Assembly: GCF_000002075.1 (NCBI RefSeq)
Contig: NW_004797283.1
Span: 1,356,551 to 1,420,550, forward strand
Direction of reading: 5' to 3'
Source: Aplysia californica
Lineage: Eukaryota
Length of the DNA: 64,000 bases
Made by a program: the position numbers and the translations under genes
The notes under the pieces: generated by a model
The model's input: the letters and a program-made list of their open reading frames with translations, nothing else
Told to the model about the DNA's origin: nothing
The model's database searches: none
Part shown: positions 13,601 to 26,800 of the stretch, one piece after another
How positions within the stretch are numbered: position 1 is the stretch's first letter
Layout of the letters: every line of letters begins with the position of its first letter

Positions 13601-14980
13601 TTTCCTTTTAAAAAGATGTAGATCTAGGCCTGTCGGATGTGGCAGTGTGATTAACACTGAGTTGTTTAGATCTAGATCTAGACCCATCAAAACACGAGGC
13701 TTCGTGGCCGATCACAAAAGTCTACGGGGCTTATCGAGGCCGATTCGCCCTGCTGCGAGCACGTTCACTAAACTGCCTATAGATAGAATCTACTACCAAA
13801 TATTCTCTACACGATCTTTGCTACTACTACTACTAGGCCTACTAGCCTACATGTACTACTACGAGACAGTAAGAGAGAGTGTCACTCAGACAAAGATAGT
13901 GTAACTTTGACTCAGCCACGTAGTGTACACACTTTTTATACCCCAAATTTAACCCGGAAGTCCATTCGGAGGATTTGACCTTTTCACTTGACCAAAGTGT
14001 GCCAAAATGGTAGCCTAGCTTTTGCCCCTCCATGAAGGAAAAATCTGGCCCTCATTCAAACCATTGGGATTGAGCAAAATTTTGCGTATTGTGCTTTGTT
14101 CTTTACAATATTCATTATGGTTATGATTTATAAGTTGTACACTGAGACAAAACCGTACTAAATGAGAAAGGTGCACCATTATGAAAGTGGAATGAACTCA
14201 GTTGCCTGAAAAGGGTAGTTTGAGCATGTGTGGCCTATATAAGCTAAACCCCCCTCCCTTACCTTATTTAGGCCACAGTCCACTGTGGCCTGAATAAGCT
14301 AAACCCCCCTCCCTTACCTTATTTAGGCCACAGTCCACTGTGGCCTAAATAAGCTAAACCCCCCTCCCTTACCTTATTTAGGCCATATGTGGCCTAAATA
14401 AGCACTCCCTATATTATAAGTGCTGGCAAGAACAAAAAAACCTTTTTGTTAATCAGCTGCATGAGAATTTAACAGGGGAAAGCACCACCTTTTTTTCTAT
14501 CAACCAAATTAGTTTTGTGGTGGAAAGCACTCACCAAAGTCACCAAAAATTAATCAGTCTAAATGGCCATACAAATGCTAATGAAGAAGGTCGAGGATAG
14601 TCCTGTGCATACGAATGTGGTGTAGCCGTTAGGTGCTTCTTTGTCAAAGACAAGAGACTCGAGTTTGATTCCCGAGTGGGGAGAATTTCTATTGGGTGTC
14701 TCGTTCTGTCTGCTGGGATATTTTATACCTCGCAGCCCAGGCTGGCCCTGATAGGCAGGGACAGCAGCCTGCCTCCAAAATGATATAAATTGTGTCAATG
14801 GAGACGTAAAAACACCTATTAAAAAAATATATTTACATAATTGTACTGGATCTGAACATCTAAATTTATTATGATTATACTATACGGCCCCGGAACTTCA
14901 GAATTCCAAAATTTTTCCTGGAACTTCATGTTTTGGCCAGTCACTATGTATGGTCGGACATGACCTGGAGATGTTGCCCT

Positions 14981-15019
<39 letters not shown>

Positions 15020-18000
15020 GAAGGTTTTACGGCGCTCGCAACTGCATAAGGTCATTCGAGCGCCAAGGGGTGGGTGTCAACAGAGAAGTCTTTACAGGGA
15101 ATCAGACTTAGACTGCTCACCTCTCTAGCTTCAACAGCACAAGGTCTGCTTCGACTATCAGGGCACCCCCAAAAAATAGCAGGGAGTGACAAACATACAA
15201 AAGAAGTAGAGGAAAATGACAATAGTAAGGATCAGGAAAGAAAAAGCAGCAGTTCCCTGTTGTAGATCAGGCACAGTTATGAGCGTGACATGAGTCAGCC
15301 CATTTACAATTCTACTACGCTTGAACGAGATATGTCCCCCCTTTCGGAATGGCTTAAAGACACTTCAGTCAGTGGCATTGCCCCGGGTGGGTATGCCCCA
15401 TTCTAACAGAGACCTCATAAATACAATGGAAAAACTATACATGTTTATATAAATGTGGCAGCAAGAGGGTTCAGCAGTTCAATTAGAAAATGAGGTGTGT
15501 CTGAGCTCGTCAGTCAAACATACAACTACAACAACAAGAACAACAAAAACCATCAAGACTGAACAACAAAGACCAACAACCAGGCTGTAACAAATCAAAT
15601 GAAATGAAACACCTAGTGATTAATAATAATAAATAGCATTTGTTTAGCGCGTATCCCCGCTTACAGTAAGCTCTATGTGCTTTACACCATATTATTATCC
15701 CACAAGCCCATAGAACACTCCGAAACATTCTCAGCTTCCCGGAAAGCATACAGTGCAAAGCAGCTGTTTAAGTGCTCAAACCCTGGCAAGATCTTCCACC
15801 GTCTTTAGAAGGATACCCATTCCCATCTGGGTGAAGTGGGAAAAATGTATGTAAAGTGCCTTTCCCAAGGACACAACGTTGGGCCCCTGATGGAATTTGA
15901 ACCCACGACCTTACGGTTGCGAGTCTGAGAGCCTAACCACTAGACCACTGACGCCACATTACATTGGTGGTCAGCTAAAACAATCATTACAATTACATAA
16001 AGTCAAGTTCTCACAGTCACAAAAGTGAAAAGCCAAAGGAGATAAATGTAAAAGAATTTATATTGATAAAACAAGTTTAAACGAACCCCAAAAGCATGCA
16101 AAAGATAACAAACCTGACTGCTTGTTCAGTCAGGCTTACAAAAAACAATGAGTTCACCCAAAAATAAAAGATCAGTTCTGTTCTGAACATACAGTGCACG
16201 ATTTGACTGAAAACATCTTCCCAACACGTATAACACTAACACTCAAAAAAAATTGTGAATATCAAGGATCAGTTATTTCTTCAAAATCCAAAGGCCAGTA
16301 ATATCTCTCTCACTATCACAACTCAGTTTATCAACTGATCTGGATGAGCAGGCAGGGAAATTAGCATAGAATACAGTGCTTGCCTGGGTTTGATCCCGGT
16401 TTCTGCAAGTGCGGTCAAGAGATCTCGAAAGGACCAGGAAATAAAAAAAGTCATGCAATTGCATTAATTGCTTGGGAAATGTTTTTTCCAAAATTAGATG
16501 TGGATCGAAGAATAAGAGGGAACCTACTAAACTGCATGGTATAAATTTAAATCTATCGGAAAAAATCACATTATATACATACACAATGCTGCAGTCGTCA
16601 CAGAAGTCGTAAGATACATCAGCAGGACAGTCAATACAGTGCCATCGTATTCCAACTATAGGTTCACAGCCACAGTTGTCACACTGAAACAAAAACAAAT
16701 CACGGATGCAATAAAATGAAACAAATATTCAGAGATAAACGGAAACCATTGTATGAAGGTAAAATCATACCTGGTTAAAAAGTAATTCAAAACCAACATA
16801 CAAAAAATAATATATATATATCGCTAGCCGCTTGATTCAACCACTTAATTGCCAAGAGACAAATTTTTCAGGAGAAGCAAAAAACTTTTCTTTCTTTATG
16901 CTAGTACCTATGAATCTGAAATTCAGATATATGATATAATATGATGTAGGAGGATGGTCTGTACCTAACATTAAAAAAACAAAAGCTTTCTTTCTTAAGT
17001 TACTGAACATAGGCGGTTAAGACCTACCAAAATCTGTGTGATTCAACCACCTAAGTGACAGTATGACGGCGTCTTGGCGTTTGAATCACATTAATCAACG
17101 CCACTCGGCGAGTGTCAATGTTTGCTTGGGCGTTTGAGTAATCGATAAAAGCAAATCATAATAATTTTAAGAGCAATTGTAAAGTTAAGAATCATTATTT
17201 CAGTTATTTAGTTGGGTGTTCCGGGGCAGAACTGTTTTTGACCTAATGGAGTTGGTAAAAAAGACCATCTTAATGCTCAATTTGTACTGGATGTTTTTGT
17301 TCAGTGTGTATCAAAGGTAACGAACGTTTGTGACAACAGGGTCGTTTTAGTTTCAGCCGGGTCTGAATGGTCCAGAAATCTAACACCGGGGGGGGAGAGG
17401 AGGGGTGTATTGCTTTTTTAAAAAACATTCAAGATTATCCATGTGCACATAGACCATGCGTGGTGGAGTGGGGGACAACACAACTGGCGAGTTAGCCTAG
17501 AACATTTCCTCTCTGATTGCCAACGCCGAGCTGTCAACATCGCTTGCGCTAGAGAAAGAAATCTGATCCGATTTTCGATCAAGTATGACTTAGAGGTCAT
17601 GTTGAAACAATATCATCATCAGGGGAGATAACAAAAAGAAATAATCAGAACACCAAACCCACAATATTAACCCTTAAAACCCTATACCGCTGGTAACCGC
17701 TGACGCCCTATTTTCCTATACCGCTGGTAACCGCTGGTCGACTTTATCGTTTAATTCCCAGTGCTAGAAACAGGGGATGTAACTCCAGATGACTCTGTCG
17801 TGAGCAGAAAGTACCGATAATGTCATGAAGGCAGTTCTACACCGAAAGTTTGGAAATTTTGCGAGTTTTTAAGAAAATATAGTCATTTTTCACTGCCAGG
17901 TCCTCCAGGCCGCAAAATTTTTGACATTTTTTATCCTAACCAGACCCCAATAATGATCTCCCAGTCGGATATATCCATAAATATGACCGTTGAAGACGAT

Positions 18001-20858
18001 TGCAGTGTTCCGCATGACATCGATGATGATTTTGACGATAGTGGAATTGGCAGGGGATCACCACTAAAGCTAACAGAGGCTAGATCTATGGCTGGGTCTA
18101 ATGATACTTTGACTGAAGTAGAGTCGGGGATCACACTCAAGACTTAACTCATAGAGTTGGTCCTAAAAACCAGTGTTTCAACCTTTTACCCTTTTATTCA
18201 GACTGTGCATTCATATATAAATAACATTTTCAAACTTCAGCAAAATCTAACAACAATTAAAGACACAGTAAACAAATTATCAAACCAACCTAATTGTTTC
18301 TAGTATCTCAATTTTAATTCAGGATTCTAGGGAGGTATGAAAAAAAAGAATTCAGGGTTTTAAGGGTTAAATATTAGGTCTACTTTATAATTTCCCTTGA
18401 ATTTATTACTGGATCCCTAATAACGAGAATCTTGCTTCAACGGACATTTAGCACCAGTCCCCTCCGCCTCGTTATAACAGTATTCCACTGTATTTCTAAT
18501 GTATTCAAATGCACATGGTGTTTTTTAAAAAACACACGGTTATTCCCTTTCTCCAAGAAAGAAACGATAAACACCTAGCAACACATCTGTTGAAAAGGCA
18601 AATGGGTTAACGAACTTGAATAATCAACAAGCAAAACAAGGGGCGCTGGGGTTAGAAGTGGATGAAAACATTAACTGCAGATGAATTGACCCCTTTGAGA
18701 CTTATATGACGAGAGTGTATAATTTTTTCTTATGCAGCGATGGAGGCAAGATGCTGCTGTCACCAATGGAATTCTTTATGCTTTGTAAAGCGCTAGGACC
18801 ATGACGAGCACAGTTTGTCATATTATTATTTTGTATTCTGCAAGGCTGCTTCTATTAGACGCACTGCGTAAAACTAATTCAACTAATTGTACATTCAAAT
18901 TCAACAATACTTTTTCCGTACAAATGAACCTTTTCCTTTTAGAGGCAGTCTGTAGTATTTACAAACAGGATCTAATTATGGGCTATTGACAGCTCAATTT
19001 AGCACTACTCTTCGTCCCTGGGGGATCCAAAACTGACCTTGGTGAAACAAATACTGACCCTGTTCACAAAGGGGGTAATTCAAGTGTTGGAGACAGCACA
19101 AGAAAATTGATGATTACTATTTAATTGTCCACAGCATGAAATTGACAAAAACAGACACATACCTTATATCCCACATGTCTAGTAAGGGCTGCCTGTTCTC
19201 GCTGTAACTTGTCTTTCCTCAGCCTTCGTAACTGTTGCAACTCTTGAAATTCTGGACTGTTCACAATATCTTCTGGATAGTCGTCTTCATCCTGAGCAGA
19301 GACAGAAATGAAAACAACAATATGTCAGAGTCAGAAAACTCACCAGGACGTAACACACTTTGAGCAACTAAAATGTTTACAAACTGCATAATATAACAGA
19401 ACCTGCTCTAACAGAAACCCGTATAAGACAATCAACTGTACAAACAGCCTCTTCCATTCCCCCCCCCCCTTGCATTTTTTAAACATTATAATCACACTGT
19501 ATAAGATAGTCACTTTCTCCTCAATAATAGGTGGCCATCTAAGACAATGTAGACTGAATTTAAAAGTCATACCATCCCCCAGAGCACTTTTCTGAAAGAA
19601 AGACATGTAATTTACTGGGATAATAAAGCAGCGTAAAATATATAAGTAAAAAATAAACTTGCAAGAGAGAAAAGGCAATAGGACTACTACAACAGATTTA
19701 ATACATTGTATGCGTAAAAATATACCTATTAAATCTTGTTCTTTTACAACCGCAGCATTTTTCCAAAGGGTAAATCATGATGCCGAATCTCTTGGACTTG
19801 GAACGTAGCTAGTTGAAAGGATTTTGACTTTTCTGATAAGTGCTGTCACATGCACACACATATAATTAGAGTATGAAATAAACCTGATCCCAAAAATTTC
19901 TAGGCTACAACAACAAAGGAGAAAAACTAGAACACATGGAATTGAAGCAATAGAAAGAAGGCACCATTGTAAACTCTTATTTCTCCTGTCAATCCATCAA
20001 TCTGTTGTTATGAAGCACTACATGAACACTATTGTGTCGGCACGCCCCTCTTTAATTCAAACAAAAAACAGCAGAACAAATCCACATGTTCATAAATAGA
20101 CCTTTAACGTAACATACAGGAGTAAACTTACTGAGGAATCATTTGTACTCTTTGACATTTCGAAAGAAGGAAATTCATCCCCATTATAGACCACCCGTCC
20201 ACTGCCAGTTTCCATGTCTGTTCCATCGTCAGGCATCCACACAGGGGGCACATGGGACTGCAGGAATGTGGAGCTGCTGTAATACATTCGACTGTACCGA
20301 TGGTGGCGATGAGACCCCTGAGGACAGTGTAAAGAAATGATTTAGATTTGAATGGCCGCCCACTTTGACATGTGATCACACGAGAGGAGTGTAGTAGTTT
20401 TGTATTTTATAAGTGTCACAAAGGTGAGTCTCATTTGCTCAATCAAAGCACAGGTCCAAGCTTATTTAGCACTGAATTAAAAGTTCAAACTGGGTAATTA
20501 AATCAAAAAGGTTTCTGTTCTTTCACTGGTTTAGATTTTTGCTCAGACTCATATTACATAAGGTACTATCATTTGGTTTTGTTTTAAAGCTATACTTTTC
20601 TACTGTGTGAGAAAGCAAGAACAGACAGAGAAATTCATTCAGACCAACTGCAAATGAAAAAGAAGGAGAGAGAGAGAGAGAGAGAGAGAGAGNNNNNNNN
20701 NNNNNNNNNNNNNNNNNNNNNNNNNNNNNNNNNNNNNNNNNNNNNNNNNNNNNNNNNNNNNNNNNNNNNNNNNNNNNNNNNNNNNNNNNNNNNNNNNNNN
20801 NNNNNNNNNNNNNNNNNNNNNNNNNNNNNNNNNNNNNNNNNNNNNNNNNNNNNNNNNN

Positions 20859-20890
<32 letters not shown>

Positions 20891-23800
20891 GTGTTTTACA
20901 GAACAGGCTTTTTCAGCATGAGAGACATGTATTTACTAATGTTCTGTCTTGTTGTGTGTATGCGTGAGTGCACCGCACCTAACCTCTGTAACATCCACTG
21001 CCCCTGTGAATGACCAAGACAAATTTCTCCCTGTGAGATGAATAAAGGTTGTCATTGCACATTCTGGACACTTTACATAAAGTCATTGACACCATCATTG
21101 CCTTTCTCACCCTGGATTAGGGTATGGGGCACAAACAATTTCCACTTTCCCCTATCCTGGGCTAGCCTCTTGATGTTATTCCATGTTTTCCTACTTTTTT
21201 GTACATCAATTTCTGTGAATCTTCTCCAAGTTCCACATGGTCTTCCCTTTGATCTTTTGCCCTGTGGATTCCAATCTCACATTTTCCTTGTTATGCAGGT
21301 GCCTGACTTCCTGAGAGTATGTCCAATCCATCGCTGCCTCATCTGTAGCTTAGCTCCGTCATGTTTTCCTTAACATTTCCTCCTTCCTTGGTGACTCTAT
21401 TTATCTATCTGATCCTCAGTAACTTCCTTAGATACTTAACTCTTTATCTCCGAGGGGGGTAAACCCACTATGCCGAGGCCCTTTTGTGGTGCTAAATCTA
21501 TAGCAAACCTATTTTGATATTTCTTCATCTTACGAGAGACCTGTTTTAGGAAATTTCCGAAATATAATTTGATGTTGAAGTCGTCGTAAAGGAATATGCC
21601 AGCTCACCAGCACGGCGGTTCCAATCGCGAGCTGCTGGGAGCGGCTTGCTGGAGATACAGAGTTAATCAAGAAAACCTGGATCCTCTTTATTCAAGTCTG
21701 AGATGTGTTCCATGTCTCACCTCCACACAAAAAGACTGACTTCATGTTTGAATTGAAAATCCTCAGCTTTGTTCGAAGTAAGATATCCCTCGTCCTCCAA
21801 ATCCTATTCAAAGATATGAAAGCAGTCTTTGCCTTTCCGATGCGGGACTTTATTTTGGCACCTGTTCCTGCCTCTCTGTCAATTATACTCCTAAGATAGC
21901 AGAAAGATTCGACGTCTTCTCATGCATTTCCTTCTTTTGTGACCTGCTCCCTTCGTTATGCATCTATCCTTAAGATCTTTGACTTTATGGGGTAGATCCT
22001 CAATCCAACAGACTCTGATAGGCTGTTTAAAACTGAAGTCTTTGCTTGCATCTGTTCCTGGGTGTGCGAAAGGAGCACCAAGTCGTCTCCAAAATCCAGA
22101 TCATCCAACTGTATCCAAGGGGTTCACTGTATGCCATTTCTGAGTCCTCTGGTGGTTTCCTTCATCAGCCAGTCGATCGACAAGATGAGGAGGAAAGGTG
22201 GTAGTAACATGTCTCACACCGGTCTCGATGTCAAAGCTATCAGTGAGCTGGCCATCATGTACAACCCTGCAACTTGTCCCTTCAAATATGCTCTTGATGA
22301 GGTCCACCAACTTCTGTAGGATTCCATGATGTCTCAGTATCTTCCATAGTGTCGCTCAGTCTATACTGTCAACGGCCTTCTCATAAAGTGGGATATAAGA
22401 ATTTTGATTAGCTTAGGCATTTTTCTTCATAGCCATAGTAACAATGTTACCTTCTTAGAATGAGATGTTAGATTGGGCATTCTCCCAGGTACTGGCAAAC
22501 CCTCTCTTGCTAGCCTCAGGAAGTATTTCTGTACCCGACTTGCAACCTTGGGATAAAAACAAAAAGTCTTACTTAATGAGCATAAAGTTAGAGAAACGAA
22601 AACATAGCAATGTTCCCCAATTTAAAAATTAAAAAACCCCAAAAACAAAACATACAGGAGAACCTTCTGAAGGGCTGGAGACTGTTGAAAAAAATCTGCG
22701 CCACCAGAAATTCACGTGAGAAAATAACTCCAAAGTAGTTAGTCCAGTCTGGGGATAGCCATGCACTTTGAACTTTTCAGATTCAAGGAAAAAAAAACTA
22801 GTACATCTGCTTTCATTTCCTAACAAAGATGTCTTTTATTCTTCCAGAGGATGTAAACTGAAAATCCCATATGCTGTAGAGAAAACAAAATGACTAATTG
22901 GAGCGAAGGAAACAGATGGGAATGCAAAAGCGTTTTGTCAATGTTGTGAATAGGTTTAAGATTAAGTGTCTATAGAGGACACTTTGTATTGTATACTTGT
23001 CATGTTGTACTATGCATGCCTAAAATGTTCTTAAAATTAACCAAGCCAACAAGAATAGGCCTTGACAAAGCACAAACGTTAAGGGGAGGGAAAGAAACAA
23101 AGAGAGCGAGTAAGGGAATAAGTAAGTGCTGCTGAGGTAGAGCACTTTATTGAGCACTTATTGTTTTAGTAAGTGTGTTACGGCGCTTGCCAAACAATAA
23201 GGTCATATAAGTGCCGGAGATTAGAGGTGTTACACAAGGGAGTAACAAACACAAAAAAGAAGGACGGATAAGGAGGACAGATATTTGGCAGGAAAGAAGA
23301 AGCAAACCACACCAGAGCACCCACCAACCACCCACATTGAGCACTTAGTCCAGGCTGGCTCTGACAAACAGGGTCAAAGTAGCTACCTCCAAAATGATCT
23401 CAATTGTGTTGAAAGGGGTGTAAAACATTTACACACAATTACACTTGATCCAACTGCAACAGCAGAGCAGGCAGCCTGATAACAAAAGGGCGTTTGTTTG
23501 AACACAGGAAGAAGCTATGACCAAACAAGCTTGTGAGAGTTCTAATAAGTGTATGTTTTGGGACGAAAAATTCTGGCCATAAAAAGTGTTAGGCAAGGAG
23601 CAAATGTGACAAGCTACTCATGCTAAAAAAAATGTTCTGATTGGTGCAACACAATGTTGATTTATTGTGATAGATGAACGAGTGTGAATGAGGAATTTGA
23701 ATTTATTGTGCAAACAGAAGATTTGAGCTCAATAAGAACATATCCAATGAACTCTATGAAGCAGTTCCTAAGAAATCCACATGGCATTAATTTTCACCTG

Positions 23801-26800
23801 AATTGGTGTTCGATTTCCAAGGGCATCAGCAATTTTAGCCCAGCGTCTTGACTCAACTTCTTCAGGAGGAAACTGAACGAGCAAACTCTCAAGCCTAAGG
23901 AGAGTCAAAAATAAAAGAATATTGAGTTGTCAAATTTAAGTCATATGAAAGAAATTTTATCCACAAAAAAAAAAAGCGGCAGAGACATACACACTGAGAC
24001 ATATGAAAAAGCTGCAGAGAAACACTAAGCCAAGTTAGACTTTTTTGTACTAAGAGTAACTGCCACGCCCACCAACTGTAGAAGACAAAAAGTTAGCAGA
24101 AACATTGGACTTAAAACGTTCGTGGGATGACTCAACAATCTTTTTTCCCCCTTGGTTATGTGCACAGATGTGTGAGATGGAGAGAATGTGTTAGAGAGTG
24201 TGTGGGTGTATGGGTGTGCACACGTGCATGTGTGTTCATGCGTCTGTGTATGTGGGGAAACACCAAATCAATGATCCAGGATCAGGACAATTTATCTTAT
24301 CTTATCCTCCAACAAATTTCCATACAGGCTTGTGAATATTTCTGAAGCAAAGAGTATGAGTACGATCTTCATTAAAATTATCTCATTTAGTGTTTTGGAA
24401 TCAATTACATTCAAAATAAACAAGACATCTTACACAACCAGGTAATTGTTATCAAAAGCCCCTACATACAATACCTCCCCTCCCCCCAAAAAATTGTGCA
24501 AGAATATTTATCACTTTAAGGTTTGGGAGCAAACATGCTGGCTTTATATTAAATCCTTTCATTATTCGTAGCAAAATAATGGGTCTTTTACAATCCGAAC
24601 TTACAACAAACAAAATATGAGAACCAAACAAAGCAACATCCACACAGCAGTATAACATTTGTCTATTTTAGGAGAAATATGTTGGGTGGGGTTCTTTGGT
24701 GGGGGGGGGTAAGTTTTTACGGCATTCGCAACTGCATAAGGTCATATTAGCATGCAGGACACATTAAATATTTTTCAGTTGGTAGGAAATTTGGAATTTT
24801 GCCAGGGTGGTGGCCGAAGCCTACTTTTATTGATTTTAGGACCACCAAAGGATCTTGAACGAGCGCAACTTGCACATGAGACCTCCAAGATTTTTCGCCC
24901 TTTCCCGAGAAAGCTAGGTGCTTGATCTTACCTACCATAAGATTAGGGGTGTGGATGAAAGACAGCTGCGAGAGGGATGCGAGGAATAGCAGTAGAAAGG
25001 CGGGAGAAAGAGTAAAGAGCCCAGAGGAGTTTTTTTTTTTTTGTAAGTGTTTTACGGCACTTGCAACACAGTAAGGTCATATAAATGCCAAAGATTAAAG
25101 GTGTTCCATGAGAGTAACAAACACAAAAAAGGAGGAGAGATAAGGACGACAGATATCTGATAGGAAAGAAAAAGCAAACCACACCAGAGCACCCACCAAC
25201 CACGCATGCCCAGAGGAGTGGGCAAAGGGGAGTGGGGAGGCCGGAGGGTGAAGAAAGCGGAGGCGAAAGCAGACAACAGAACATGGTTAGAGAGCAGGAA
25301 AGGAGGTGAAAACAAATTTTTAGAGAAAAAAATTTTCCGTCGCTGTCCGGATTCAAACCTGGGACCTATTGAATGAGAGGCATGCAAACATCATAACCTC
25401 TAGACCACGAGAGTCCCCTGAGAAATATGTTTTTCTGTTGTTGTTTTTTTATAGTAGAGGGTTTTATGACGCTTGCAACTGCATAATGTCATATGAGCGC
25501 CAAGGGGTGGGTGTCAACAGAGAAGTCTTTACAGGGAATCAGACTTACTCTGCTCACCTCTCTAGCTTCAGCAGTACAAGGTCTGCTTTGACTATCAAGG
25601 CACCCCGGAAATAGCGGGTCACAAGAGAGTGACAAACATACAAAAGAAGTTGAGGAAAATGACAATAGTAAGGATTAGGAAAGAAAAAGCAGCAGTTCCC
25701 TGTCGTAGATTAGGCACAGTTATGAGCGTGACATGATGAGTCAGCCCATTTACAATTCTACTATGCTTGAACGAGAAATGTTCCCCCTTTGGGAATGGCC
25801 TAAAGACACTACAGTCAGTGGCACTGCCCCGGGGGGTGAGAAATATGTATATTGTTGTCAAAGAAGTATTGATGCAGAACAATCATACCTCTGCTGTTCC
25901 TCCTCTGTCCATAATTGATTAAATGTTGCAGGTTTGGAACTGTCTTTTGCTCTGCCACGAACAACAACAAGATCTGAACTGTTACTTGATGTTGAGGGAG
26001 AAGCAGCAGCAGCAGCAGCTTGAGGTACAACGCCTTGAAGCAATTTGGACTTTAAACTTTGCACTTGATCAACTGCAGAACAATTAAGTGTGAGCTCAAA
26101 CACAAATACTCTTATCTTCTCGCATTCACAGAGAACTTTTCAATTCTATGCCTCTATGCATCTTTCCTAGCAATTCTAAAGAATAGCAAAAGAGTTGCAA
26201 AATATAGCCTACATGAGGTAGATTATCACATACAAAAATGAAATGTCATCACCTCTCGCATCACCATATTATTCATCAAGGCAAAAAAATTACTGAGCAA
26301 ATCCAAAGTCTCATAACTTGTCAAGAAAAAGGACCCCAATATCACATATTTTCTCAAAAAGCACTCCTACTTTCTTGGAGTTTTTGAACAGGAGACCTCC
26401 CATAGCAGATGTATAAGTGTAGTTTCCGACTCATTCTCATTGGTACAACAGTATATAATATGAATGTAAAAACTTTTTGTTGAGGTATCTTTCCCATTAT
26501 ATCAATTTAATAAAGCTATAGATTACAAAATTTTAAACAACGATAAAGCAAAAATGAAGAAGAAGAAGAAAGCGAACAAAATAAAAATACATACCACTTC
26601 CACTCTCCAGTTGACCTTTCTTATTCCTGGTCTTATGTTTTGAAGAGGCAAAATATGAAAAATTGGCAGTACTGGTATATTTTTCCCATGCAACCACTGG
26701 AAGCTCAGCAATTTTCTGGGGTAAGGGATAACCTGAAACAAAATCAAAATAACAGCACGTCTTCTCTAGTGACGGTTTAAAAGATCTAAAATACATCCAA

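Larger units (their letters stand above)
10739..14409 (+). mobile_element. Non-autonomous Mutator/Foldback-like DNA transposon, complete copy (copy 1), in the last ZZZ3 intron
   Basis: Ends GGGTGACCTTATTTAGGCCACATATGGCC and GGCCATATGTGGCCTAAATAAGCACTCCC; perfect 9-bp TSD TATATTATA (10730-10738, 14410-14418); terminal tandem arrays; no transposase ORF seen (185-N gap inside). Confidence 0.85.

Noticed and set aside
25340-25416. tRNA gene candidates (also ~6390, ~14617, ~15890-15955, ~50480, ~59800)
   Set aside because: A/B boxes are present but acceptor stems do not pair and each continues into a repeated SINE body.
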